Of a DNA stretch of 64,000 nucleotides, positions 51,004 through 62,959 are shown piece by piece. The notes below the pieces were generated by a model. The model saw nothing but the letters and a program-made list of their open reading frames with translations. It was not told the DNA's origin and made no database searches. Each line of letters opens with the position of its first letter. The first letter of the stretch is position 1. Position numbers and translations under genes: made by a program. The DNA comes from Vicugna vicugna (lineage: Eukaryota). The DNA is taken from contig MU058451.1 in assembly GCA_013265495.1 (NCBI GenBank), positions 417,023-481,022 on the forward strand, written 5' to 3'.

Positions 51004-52809
51004 CACTTGGAATACAGAGAGTTCACATGCCATTTTTTAATTTCAAGATGGGGTGTGGGGAAGGCACATGGCGTGTGCAAAAACCACTCTGAGGTAAGAG
51101 TGGTTCACTTCTATCCCAGAGCAGAGGCAGAGTGAAGAGTGATTTCTGTTCCTTGTCTCATGGCTTATCTTCCTGAACTCCTCTCTCCTCTGTGTGCTTT
51201 GACTTCAAGTTTGGCATAGAACCCGAATTTCTTAGAGTGTTTAATATCACAGTTAATGCGCATCAGTACATTAACTTGTGACACAAATTATGGTCTCTGA
51301 GAAGTCAGTGAAATGCTTATTCTTTTGATTGCACTGACTTGAGGACGTTATGTGAGCCCAATTTGAAAAATACATATTCATAATCTTTGGTCTTCAAAAT
51401 GCTGTGCAGAGTGCAGGTACAGAAATCTTTTCTTCTTGATCCGTGACAACGGGTGATGATATTCTTTCCATCAGCTGGATGACACAGGGAGGAAAAGGAG
51501 ACTAGGCCAAAGAATTTAGCCTCAAACCTGGTAGTTTTGTTTTTTTCATCTTAGAGATGTTGACGTCACAGATTAGTTCCTGATAAGATGAGTGGCCACT
51601 TCAAAGACTTTCAACCTGTTCTCTTCTTATTAACATTAAGTCTCTTGATAAGGAAGGCCTGGGAGAGTAGGAAGGTATATAATTGTAGCTCTGGTCGAAG
51701 TATCTCTGAAAACCGGCTCTAAACTTTTTTGCCTCAGGTCACGGGCAATTTTTGAAAGTCAAAACCTTTGATTTCTCCCTGGAGAGATTCCAACTCAAGG
51801 CTAAAGAATTTTGCTTCTAGCTATCTGTGCTTATAAGAAGAATCTAGGTTGTTTATTTACCAGATCTGAAGTTGCGCAAAGGCAATTTACTCCTAAGGCT
51901 CTTGGAAACCTGGGATGTAGAAAGTTTTTTTAAAGGAGAAATGCATTGCCCAATTCTTTGTTGTATACGTGCCCTCTGAAGTCCAGAAATGGGTTTGTTC
52001 TAGAGTTAACTTTCTAAGGAGCCAGAAATTTCTAACACAAAGAATGTAAAACCTGGGTTTCCGGTAAATTTGCAATTTACTGTTGTTCTGTTTCTGCCTT
52101 GATTGTTGAAAAGAATAAAATCTTTGAATTTTGTCATAGGGACTTTGATCCAGCAAATTATGAATCAGCATTTCCTTTTCACCATTTGTGACAAGTTTCA
52201 ATGATAGTGTATTTGAAATGTATTTGGGATGCTGCCCCAAACTTACCTATTTTTCACAAGTGGCAAAAGAGGAAGAAGACTTAATGGTAGTTCGTTGTTT
52301 TCAGTAGCCTGGTAACCTGAGAATTTACACTAGCTACTTTGAGGTTGATCCGTGTCACTAACCAGTGAAAATTGATGGTTAAGGGGAAAGAAAAATCAAA
52401 GATAATGCAAATAAAGCTCAATGAATACATGGGAATTGGGAGCACTGGAAATTTGAAAATAAGTACTCTTAGCTGGAAATAAATTTAAAAAGGGAGAATT
52501 ATAATGTTCAAAAGTAGAACAAGTATAATGGTGGATACATTTTCTTAGTAAAGTTGACAATAAACACTATTCTTTGTCATAATAGTAAAATAAAGGTTCT
52601 GATCTTACATCGTTAATTAAAATTAAAAAGAAAAAATTCAAACCCCATGTATCCTTTTTTTCTCTTTCAGTGCCTGTAATGAGCCCAGACATAGTCATCG
52701 TTTCAATGGGATCCTGAAGAATTGCTTGAAGAAAAATTATGTTCATATCCTTCTGTTTGTTCTGCCTATAAATTTTCATAGATCTATGAACCTACAAGTG
52801 AACTTCTTT

Positions 52810-53645
52810 TTCAATAAATGTTTTATTGAAGTATTATATCTACAGAAAAATTCAGCCAAATAAATTTTGTAAAGTGAACATACCCACAGAACCACCACTC
52901 AGTTCAGTAGACCACAACTAACACCATAGAAAGCTGCCTGGTCCCACCAATCAGTCATTCCTCACTCCAGAGCTAACTACTACTCTGACTTCTTTCACCA
53001 TAGTTTTGCCTGGTTTTGATCTTTGTAAAAATGTAACCAAAAGTATGTCCTCTTTTGAATCTGATTTTCATTCAACATTAATGTTTGTGAAAATGTCATA
53101 GTGTTGCATGTAGCAGTCAATTGTTCATCCTCATTGCTGCATAGTATTCCATAGTATGAAAATACAATGGTATGTGTATTCATTCATAATACATCTCTCC
53201 ATTGTATATTGACTAATATTTGAATTGTTTTGAGTTTTGAGCTATTATGAATAGTCCTGCTGTGAACTCTTGTGTGTATGACTCTTGGTGCACATATCTA
53301 TAAGTTTTCCTTGGCTTCATATATATTGATATGATTCTTTGGTTGAATATTTGCATTACAAATATCTTTTCCCACTTGGTCATTTTCCTTTTCACCCTTT
53401 TCATGTCTTTTGATGAACAGATCTTATTTTAATATAGTCCAACTTACAGATCTTTATGGTTAGTACTTATTAATGTCCTGTTTAAGAAATTATTGCCTAC
53501 CTCAAGCTCATGAAAATATTCTCATATGTCTTCTTTCTAGGAGTATTATTGTTTTATATTTGGAATTAAAATTCATCTGCTACTAATTTTGTGTATGGTG
53601 ACATAAGATTTTTTCACTTTTCCACTTTTTTTCCCGGATGGATAT
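52810..53645 (-). mobile_element. Old L1MC/ME-type 3' region
   Basis: ORF 53213..53404(-) KRVKRKMTKWEKIF is ORF2p-like; ctaactactactctgacttct...agttttgcctggttttga. Confidence 0.8.
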
Positions 53646-53739
53646 CATATAATTAGTAATATAATTAAGACCAAAAAAACCTTCACAACCTTACATTTTA
53701 CTAATTATTCTTATAGGAGATCTGATAGGACCTATTATC

Positions 53740-53975
53740 TCCTTTCAGTTTACTGTAAAATGGGGATGACAATGGTATGTACCACGGGTTGTTGCTGGGA
53801 GATGAAATCAGTATACATAAAGTGCTTTAACAGCGCCTGATAGATAGCAAGCATTTTATAAACATTAGCCACTATTAGGTATTTTTCTTTTTACAGGTGA
53901 AGAAAACAAGGTCGGGCAAGGGCAAGTGACAACCAGTGGTAGACTTGGTCCTGAAAATGAGATATCCTGACTCTT
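53740..53975. mobile_element. Two MIR fragments
   Basis: ctgtaaaatggggatgacaatggta...taaagtgctttaacagcgcctg and ttttacaggtgaagaaaacaagg. Confidence 0.7.
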
Positions 53976-55934
53976 GCCTCCTGCCTCTTTCCCTTACATC
54001 CTTTTGCTTCAAGAGAGGATTCAGTAGCCTTTTAATAGTTCATCCGTACGTTTCTTCATCATATGAGAGGTTTTCAAAAGGTTGTAAAAGAATGCTTACA
54101 AACTGTACTGACTGGAAAGGCTCTTCTATAGATAATTCTAAGTAGTCAGTGTATTTAGCGTACATGCTTTGTATGTCTCAGAATAGCAGAATTATTTGAC
54201 AAAGAATTTTTTGTCAAGTTTGTTCCTACATAGACTCTTCTTACAAGTTAAGACAACCACATCACTCATGGCTGCCATGCAAAGAATCTCGTCTTCAATC
54301 AGCTCATTAAGGTACCTTTGTAAAGACAGTGTTTTTTTAAAGGCACTTTGCCAGCTCCCTCAAACATAACTTTGCAAATGGACAGCAAGAAAAACATGGC
54401 AAATCACTTCCATATGGCTCAAGGCAATGAGAAATACTTTTGATTAATAACACATTTAGTACAGTAAAATAACCTCCAAATCTGCTAGAGAGACACTAAC
54501 TTATCTACCATAACTGTTTTCTGTTTGGTTTTTTTCATTGTTTTGACTCTTGAAAAACCCTCCTAAACTCCCAGTTGATTCATTTTTAAACAACAGCCTC
54601 TTCCAAGATCATCACCTGTTCGTATTTGTCAGCCCTATCAAGCAAATAGCTGGTCTTAAACTTATTTTAGAACCAGCTGCTTTAAACATAGGCTTCCGTA
54701 TTCAAGGGATGTTTTTTACAGATTCATCAGCTGATAAAATCATTAACATGTTATCTGCATATGCAAGTACTAGTCTGAACATCTAAACTACTTCCTTCCA
54801 CACCTGTCTAAATGGTAAACCGAGCAAGTTAGTTCACATCATAAATTCCCATCAAAGGGTTTTAATTAATACATAAAGGACCAAATGGGCATCCTAGCCT
54901 TAATGTTTTCGTTATCTGGATCTTTCCATTCCTCCCAGACAGAAACTAATCACATCATTTTCACACTCTTGACAAATTGCAAAGGTATGACCTAAGCCTA
55001 TGCAACTTTAAACAACTTGTCCTCTCCCATGAAGAGCTATGTTTTCCTTTTTCAAATGAAATAGGATAAAAATCCAACTGTCTTTTATTCTGTATGCTTT
55101 ACAGTTTCTCTTGGTATAACTAAACCATCTGCCACCTCTGTCCCTAATGCCTGGAATGAATCAAATCATCTTCCTTGCAAGCATTGTTAATCTCACAGTA
55201 ATCCCTACTAATCACTTTGTAATCAGCACTCAAAGGGGCTGAAGGTCCCTGATTCTTAATCACGATATTTTAATCATCATTCTTGTGAGATGGCAGTTAG
55301 TAATCCCTGAATCTTGGGCTTATTTCTTCCCAATTTCCTAATTACTCCCTAGAACAAAGAACAGAAGCTCTCTAGACGATCTTTCTGGCTGGAACTGGTT
55401 GGAGAGAATGTGACAGTCCCAGGGTGGTGTTTCTGATGACTGACTATTATTTTCAATTTTGGATACTGAAGACAGCTCCTTATTTTTGTTTTACTTCCTT
55501 ATTTTCCTGTTTTATTTCCTTATGCTTTTCCTTAATCTCCTTTTTCCTTTATTGCACTTTTTCCTTAGTAAAATTTTGCATGAGTAACAATTTGTTTTTC
55601 CTCTTTGCCTCCTTAAAATACTTTGGTTTCTGGTTTGTATAACTGCCTTTTTCATTCTTTCTCAAGTTGGGAACATTTCCCTCTATTCTTAGTTTGCTGA
55701 GAGCTTTTATCATGAATCAGTACAATATTTGATCAAATGATTTTTATACATCTATCCATATGATCATATGATTTTTTTTGGACTGTTGATGTGATGTATT
55801 ACATTAATTTTTATCTCTTTATATTCTTAAGGTACAATATACTTATTCTTTTTTTTCCATTTTTTAGTACTTTATTATTATTATTATTATCTGGTCTATT
55901 TTTCCTTCCAGCTCTTTCAGTTTTTAAAAAAATT

Positions 55935-56082
55935 TTTTTTCATTGAAGTGCAGTTGATTTACAATGTTAGTTTCAGGTGTATAGCAAAGAAATTCAGTTA
56001 TACATATACATACGTATAGTTTTCTCTCAGATTCTTTTCCACTGTATGTTATTACAAGAAATTGAATATAGTTCCCTGTGCT
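55935..56082 (-). mobile_element. 5'-truncated L1 3' UTR
   Basis: attgaagtgcagttgatttacaatgttagtttcaggtgtatagc...gaatatagttccctgtgct. Confidence 0.88.
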
Positions 56083-56170
56083 TTCTTACTCTTTTATATA
56101 ACTTTATGATTTATTATTTTTTCTTTCTAATTTTTTCCCCTGGGAGGGACGGAAGAAACTCATGACATAT

Positions 56171-56185
56171 ATGTGTATGTACGTA

Positions 56186-56247
<62 letters not shown>

Positions 56248-56568
56248 TTTTGTAAAATATATTTTTTTGCTGAAAATAAAGTGACTTTTTTTTTCTTTTA
56301 TTGAAGTGTAGTCAGTTTATAATGTTATATTAATTTCTGGTGTACAGCATAATGTTTCAGTCATACATATACATACATATATTTCTTTTCATATTCTTTT
56401 TCAGGTTACTAAAAGATTTTGAATATGGCTCCCTGTGCTATATAGTATAAACTTGCTGTTTATCTTTTTTACATTTAGTAGTTAGCATCTGAAAATCTTG
56501 AACTCCCAATTTATCCCTTCCCACTCCCTTTGCCCCTGATAAACATGTTTGTTTTCTATATCTCTGAG
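56171..56568 (-). mobile_element. 5'-truncated L1 with extended 3' tail including (TA)23
   Basis: L1 3' UTR at about 56290-56568; perfect TSD tcatgacatat at 56160-56170 and 56569-56579; (TA)n at 56198-56243. Confidence 0.9.
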
Positions 56569-57402
56569 TCATGACATATTTTAGAGGTTTGCTGTCTTGT
56601 TAAATAATTGCCTGTTCTTTTCTCTCCATTCTTAATTTTTTCTCCATCACCAGTTTAAGATTATGCATTATTTTCTCATCTCACAGTGTCTTTCGTGGCC
56701 ATGTTTATATAACACATCATAAAATCTATTTTTATTCTTAAAATTCATTCATATGATTTATTAAAAAAATATAATTGAGAGCTACTATGTGCCAGGAACA
56801 AAGCAGAAACTCATTCCCTACTTAGCAGGACACTCTACGTCAGCTAAATACCTCTGGCCTAGAATCTAAGTTTAAATTCTTGATCTTTAAGTAAACAATT
56901 GAGAAATGGGTCTTTTCCCTTGGTCACTTAAATAGTAAAATTGATCACGAGAGAGTTGGGAGCTCCCTTTATGATCTCCTCTTCCGGAGTCCCATCCTCT
57001 AGTGCATTTGTGAATTTATCAAGTGTAGATTTGATAACTCAGTGTGTTCTAAGTGCGTTTGAAGGGAATGGGCCTAGAGAGTGAAGGAAGAAAAGGCCTG
57101 AGAAATCTTGTCTCTAAACTTCTAGATTAGAGGTAATGACCTCATAATCGGTCTGTGCTTTCTGTCTCTCTCCGCTCCCATCAGAGTGATCTTCCTCAAA
57201 CATAGCACTGGCGTTTGATTTTTTTTTGTTTTCTGTTTTTAAACAATTCAACAGTTTTTCCTATGTCCACAGAATTGTGCAATCATCACCACAAACAATT
57301 TTAGAACATATTTATCATCCCCCAAATAAACCTGTATCCCTTAAATGTTACATCCCAATCCTCCCATCTCTCCATCCAGCCCCAGGCAACTGCAAATCTT
57401 TC

Positions 57403-57708
57403 TTTTTTTTTTTTTTTTTTGACTTTTGTGTATGTGTATGTATGTAGGTATACATATATATATACACACACATACACATATACATATATATTTAATTGAA
57501 GTATAGTCAGTTTACAATGTTGTGTCAATTTCTGGTGTACAACATAATGCTTCAGTCATTTATTAACATACATATATCGTTTTCATATTCTTTTTCACCA
57601 TAAGTTACTACAAGATATTGAATATAGTTCTCTGCACTATACAGCATGAACTTGTTGTTTATCTATTCGATACATACATCAGCTCATATCTGCAAATCTC
57701 TAACTCCC
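57403..57708 (-). mobile_element. L1 3' UTR tail, TA/TG microsatellite and poly(A), fused to U6
   Basis: Reverse complement gggagttagagatttgcagatatg...gaaattgacacaacattgtaaactgactatacttcaattaaa; poly(T) at 57403-57420 on +; degenerate TSD gcaaatctttcttt / gcaaacctgcttt. Confidence 0.92.
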
Positions 57709-57805
57709 AAAAATATGGAACGCTTCACAAATTTGCATATCATCCTTGTGCCGGGGCCATGCTAATCTCCTCTGTATTGTTCCACTGTGCTGCCGAAGCG
57801 AGCAC
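57709..57805 (-). pseudogene. RNU6: U6 snRNA retropseudogene with a ~10-nt internal deletion, 5' part of a second U6/L1 chimera
   Basis: Reverse complement GTGCTCGCTTCGGCAGCACAG-TGGAACAATACAGAGGAGATTAGCATGGCCCCGGCACAAGGATGATATGCAAATTTGTGAAGCGTTCCATATTTTT. Confidence 0.97.
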
Positions 57806-60800
57806 GCAAACCTGCTTTCTGTCTCTGTAGACTTCCCTGTTCTGGATATTTCATGTAAATGGAATCATAGACTATGTGGTCTTTTGTGGCTGGCTTCTTG
57901 CCCTCAGCAGATTGCTCTCAAGGGTCATCCATGTTGTAGGATGTAGAGATACTACATTTTGTTTATCCATTCATCAGTTGGTGGACATTTGTATTGTTTC
58001 TGCCTTTTGACTATTATGACTATTGCTATATATACACTCATTTACAAGTTTTTGCATGAATGTATGTTTTCATTTCTCTTGGGCACAAACTTATGGATGG
58101 AATTGCTAAGTCATAATATAACTCTATGTTTAACTCTTTAAGGAATTGCCACACTGTTTTCCAAAATGGCTGCAGTATTTTACATTCCCACCAGCTCACA
58201 TGGGGGTTCCAATTTCTGCACATTCTCACCAACACTTGTTACTGTCTTTTTCTGTTATAGCTAACTTAGTGGGTGTACAGATATCCCTGGCAGTTTTGAT
58301 TTGCATTTCCCTTATGACTAGTGATGTTGAGCATCTTTTCATGTGTTTATTGGCAATCTATATATCTTCTTTGGAGTTATGTCTAATCAGATTTTTGACC
58401 ATTTTTTAATTGGGTTATTTGTTTGCCATTGACTAAAGTATTATATATCCTAGATACAGGTCCCTTATCACATGTATGATCTACAAATATTTTTTCCCAT
58501 TCTTTGATTTGTTTATTCACTTTCTATTGGTGTCCTTTGAAGTATAAGAGTTACTAATTCTGAGGAAGTCCAATTTATCTTTTTTTTCCCTTTGATTATT
58601 TGTATTTTGGTGTCATATCTAAGAAACCATTGCCAAATCCAATATAAGAAGACTTACCGTTATGTTTTCTTGTAAGTTTATAGGTTAAGTTCTTACATTT
58701 AGGTCATTGATTCATTTTGAGTTAATTTTTGTGTATGGTGTAAGGTAGAGGTCCAGCTTCATTCTTTTGTATGTAGACAATCCAATTGTCCCAGTACCAT
58801 TTGTTGAAAAGATTAATCTTTCTGTTTCAATGTTTTGGCAACTTTGTCAAAAAGCAATTGACAATAAATGTGAGAGTTTATGTTGGATTCTCCATTCTAT
58901 TTGATTGAGATAGATATATAGATTGATAGATAGATAATATATATATACACACATATGTATATATTTATGTGTGTTTGTGTGTGTGTATTTATCCCTACAT
59001 GAGTATCGTAGTCTTGATTATTTGTAACTTAATAGTAAGTTTTGAAATTGGAAAATGTGAGTCCTCCAACTTTGTTCTTCTTTTCAAGATTGTTTTGGCT
59101 ATTTTTGAGCCTTTAAATTTCCATATGAATTTTAGGATCAGCTTATTAATTTTTACAAAGAATCCACTTGACATTCTGACAGGAATTGCATTGAATCTGT
59201 GGGTTGATTTGTGAGTATTGCCATCTTAACAGTATTAAGTCTTCTGATCCATCAATATGCAATGTCTTTCCATTTATTTAGATCATCTTTAACTTCTTTC
59301 AATGAATTTTGTAGTTTTCAAAGTATATGTTCTGCACTTCTCTTGTTAAATTTATTCTTACATATTTGATTCTTTTTGATACTATGATAAGTGGAATTTC
59401 TTAATTTCATATTTGGATCATTCATTGATTAAAAATATAATTAATTTTGCATAGTGATCTTATATCGTACAACCTTGCTGTACTTTTTAATTGGTTTTAA
59501 TGGGGTTTTTTAAAATGTGGATTCCTTACGATTTTCAGTATACAAGATCATGTCATCTACAATTAGAGATAGTTTTACTTCTTTTCTAATTGAGATGACT
59601 TTTATTTCTTTTTCTTGCCTAATTGCCCTGGATAGAACTTTTAGTACAATGTTGAACAGAACTGGTGAGAGCAAACGTCCCTGTCTTGTTCTGACCTTAA
59701 GGGAAAAGAACAGGAAGTATGATATTAGCTATGGGTTTTTCTAGATGGCTTTCATCAGGTTGAGGAAGTTAGCTTCACTTCCTAGTTTGCTGAATTTTTT
59801 TCTCATGAGGGTTGTTTTTTTCCCAGTGCTTATTTTGCATTTACTGAGATGTTTACATGGTTATTGTTTTTTCCTATTGATATGGTGACATTACTGGATT
59901 TTTTTCTAAATGTTCAATCAACCTTGCATTCCTGGTATAACTTCCACTTGGTCATGTATGATAATCCTTTTATATGATGCTGGACTTGGTTTTTAAATTC
60001 TCTGTTGAAAATTTTTATATCTATAATTATAAGTGATATGGGTCTATAATTTTCTTTTCTTGTGCTGTCTTTGCCTGGGTTTAGTGTCACGGTAATACTG
60101 GTCTCATAGAACAAGTTGAGAAGTGCTCTCTGTCCTTCAAATTTTTAGAGGAATTCATGAAGAATTGGTATTAACTCTTCTGTAAATGTTTGGTAGAATC
60201 CACCCAGTGAAGTCAGGACTGATTTTTATTTAACCTTTCTGTTAAAACCCTTTAATGGTTACCAATTATTAATGAATTAGCTGCAAGAGCCCATTGTAAC
60301 GTCACAGTAACATCACAATCTGCATTCCCAGCCCTATGCTCTACTGTTGCCAACTAGTATCCCACTGGCCGTACTGATAGGCACCTGGACCACAGACTGT
60401 CCCACCTCTTGCCTTGACTTATGCTTCTCATGTACTCGTGTGTCTCATGAGTCAGACTACCATCCCTCCTTAAGACATCTCAAGACTACTTAAACCTTAA
60501 AACCTTGACTCTCCTGTTAAATTAGTTTGGATTTTTTTTTAAGACTCTTCCGACCAACTTCCTCTAATAGCCATTTAAAAAATCTCTACTGACCTTCACA
60601 GTATAGGACTTATTAAAAGTCTTCATAATCGATTTCTGCAACTAATTAACTTTAAAAGGCACCTTAATGGTGGAAGCCCCATTCCAGTTAAATTGGGACC
60701 TAATAGTCACTTTGCTAGTGACACATAACTGTCAAATGCTTTATGGAATCCGCTGTGAACAGTATTTCTCTGTGAGTTCCTTTTCCAATGTCCGAATAAT

Positions 60801-61665
60801 TAAAAAGAATTTTTGCTCGAGGAACTCATAATGAATGACTTCTCTGTGTTTCACCGTATTTCTGAGGAAAATTTGTCTTAAAAAATTGATTCAGGGCTGG
60901 AGGAGGCTTTGCATGCCTTTTTGCTGACTTTCCAAGTCTCAAAATAATAATCTTCATAGTAGGGAATACCAAAGAAGCTAATGGCAGAGTTACAATGGTA
61001 ATCATTTTCTGAAAACTATTTTGTCTTCCAATAGCTAAAATAAAGTTTTTCAGTATTTTAAAGCTGCGGTATAATTTTTTGTTAAGAAACTGTATTGCCT
61101 GAGCGAATGTAGTAATTTAATATATAACATTACTTTTCAAGTACATCTAAAGATTGCATTTTCTTAATATAATTTTGAAATATTTATGAGAAAAAAACGT
61201 TAAAAAATCTCCTGTTTTGCCATATTTTGAGGGGATTACTACATGAGTGAGTTAAAATTTATGGCCAAGTAAATGCTGCACTAACACTGCTAATGTAGAT
61301 CTGTTTCTCAAATTTCATTAAGATAAAACTTTAATTTAGTGAGGAGTGAGTTAAGAAGGAAACTCTTTAAGATAGTATTATCAACAAACACATGTCATAG
61401 ATCTATACTATTATGTAAATGTTGTGACTACAGCCATAACTTTAGCTGACTTCAACAGTATTGCCAGTTTTATCTCAACATTGGCTGGGGAGGTATATTG
61501 CTATTTCCTCTACTGTTATTATAAATCAAAAAATAATACGTGCTACATTCATTTACTGTCACTTACTGTATACTAAGTATGACGTCAGGCACTTATGTTA
61601 TCTGTACGAGGCATGATGTCAGGTACTTATCGCCTAACTCACAACAAACCAGCAAGGAAGGTATT

Positions 61666-62084
61666 TATATTAGCTAAGACTAGGTTCAACTGTGAGTAAC
61701 AGAAACCTAAAACAGCAACGTCTTAAACAAGGGAGAATTTTATTTCTCTCCCATAAAAGTCCAGAGGTAGGCAGTCTAGGTCTGGTTTCACAGTTCTGCT
61801 CCACAAAGTCCTTGGGGACCCAAACTCTTTCTCCCCGATAAGTGGTCCCTAGCTGCAAGGCCAACAGAGAGGAAAGGGCTGAAGGAAAAGAGGGGCAAAA
61901 GAAGCGCACTGGTTCCCGTAGGAAGACTCCTATGACATGACATTTCACTTAGAGCTCATTGGCCAGAACTTAGTCATGTAAACACACCTAGGTGGGTGGC
62001 ATGTGCCCAGCTAAAGATTGGGAGATCTAAAACATGGAGAAAAGAAGATAAACTGGGGGCCAACTAGGTCCCTTCTCTGCCACA
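61666..62084 (-). mobile_element. Old MaLR LTR (MLT1-type) splitting a MIR
   Basis: tgtgagtaacagaaacc...tcttaaacaagggagaattttatttctctc...tcattggccagaacttagtcatg...tctgccaca; MIR halves at about 61550-61665 and 62085-62215. Confidence 0.8.
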
Positions 62085-62274
62085 ATTATTACTGGCCCTA
62101 TTTTATAGATAAGAAATCTGAGCCTTAGAACTATTAACTTGTCCAAGTCATCTGGCTAATCCATGTTTCCAAGAAGACTTAAAACTAGATCTGCCTATCT
62201 GAAAGTTCTGTGCTATTGGAGCAGGAGCGAAGGGGGTGTGGGATAAATTTTAGAAGCCTAGTAATATTGCCTTA

Positions 62275-62725
62275 AATGTTATCTCCATTCGTTATTGCCA
62301 TGTAACAAATCATGCTAAACTTAAACAACAGGCATTTACTTAGCTGAGGAATGTATAGGTTGGTTGGCTGAGCAGTTCTGATCTGAGGCAATTTTGATTG
62401 ATCTCTGCCTGGCAGTTCGCGGGGGGCTGATCTAGAATTGCATTGGCTGTGATAACTTGACATTACTCCACACAAGCTCTCATCCTCCAGCAGGCTAGCT
62501 TGGGCTTGAACTTGTGGCATGGGAGAAGTCCAAGAACAGAAGCATGCAAGGCTTCATGAGACACTGGTTCATGATTGGCTCAATGTCATTTCCACTGCAT
62601 TCTATTAGCAAAGTAAATAACAAGACCAGCCCAGATGCACGGGGTGGGGCAACAGACCCCATCTCCTGGGGCAGTGCAAGTCACATTGCCAAGAGTGTGT
62701 ATGTAGGAGAGTACTTACACATACA
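62275..62725 (-). mobile_element. Old MaLR LTR (MLT1-type)
   Basis: tattgccatgtaacaaatca...ctctcatcctccagcaggctag...tgtcatttccactgcattctattagcaaagtaa. Confidence 0.75.
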
Positions 62726-62959
62726 GTTTTCTCTTCTGCTAAACTGAACCTGGATTAAGTCCAGGAAGGGCTACAGAGTGAAAGAGTCTGTGGCTAAAGA
62801 TTTCCTCATAGTCCTGTGAAACGGTAATTGGTCCTGAATTGCATTCTTCCCCAAAGTAAAATGCCCATGTTAAATCTTAATTCAAAGTGTGTGGACATCT
62901 GCAGGTTCTTGAGAAACAGAATGGAAAGAGTTAGCTTTGTTTTCTGGATTGTTTCGACC

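Larger units (their letters stand above)
57226..60212 (-). mobile_element. About 2.6 kb L1MB/MA-type element (degenerate ORF2 plus 3' UTR), interrupted by the U6/L1 chimera
   Basis: ORF 59914..60114(-) FYETSITVTLNPGKDSTRKENYRPISL is the start of the L1 RT domain; 58038..58235(-) QPFWKTVWQFLKELNIEL is ORF2p C-terminal. Confidence 0.93.
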
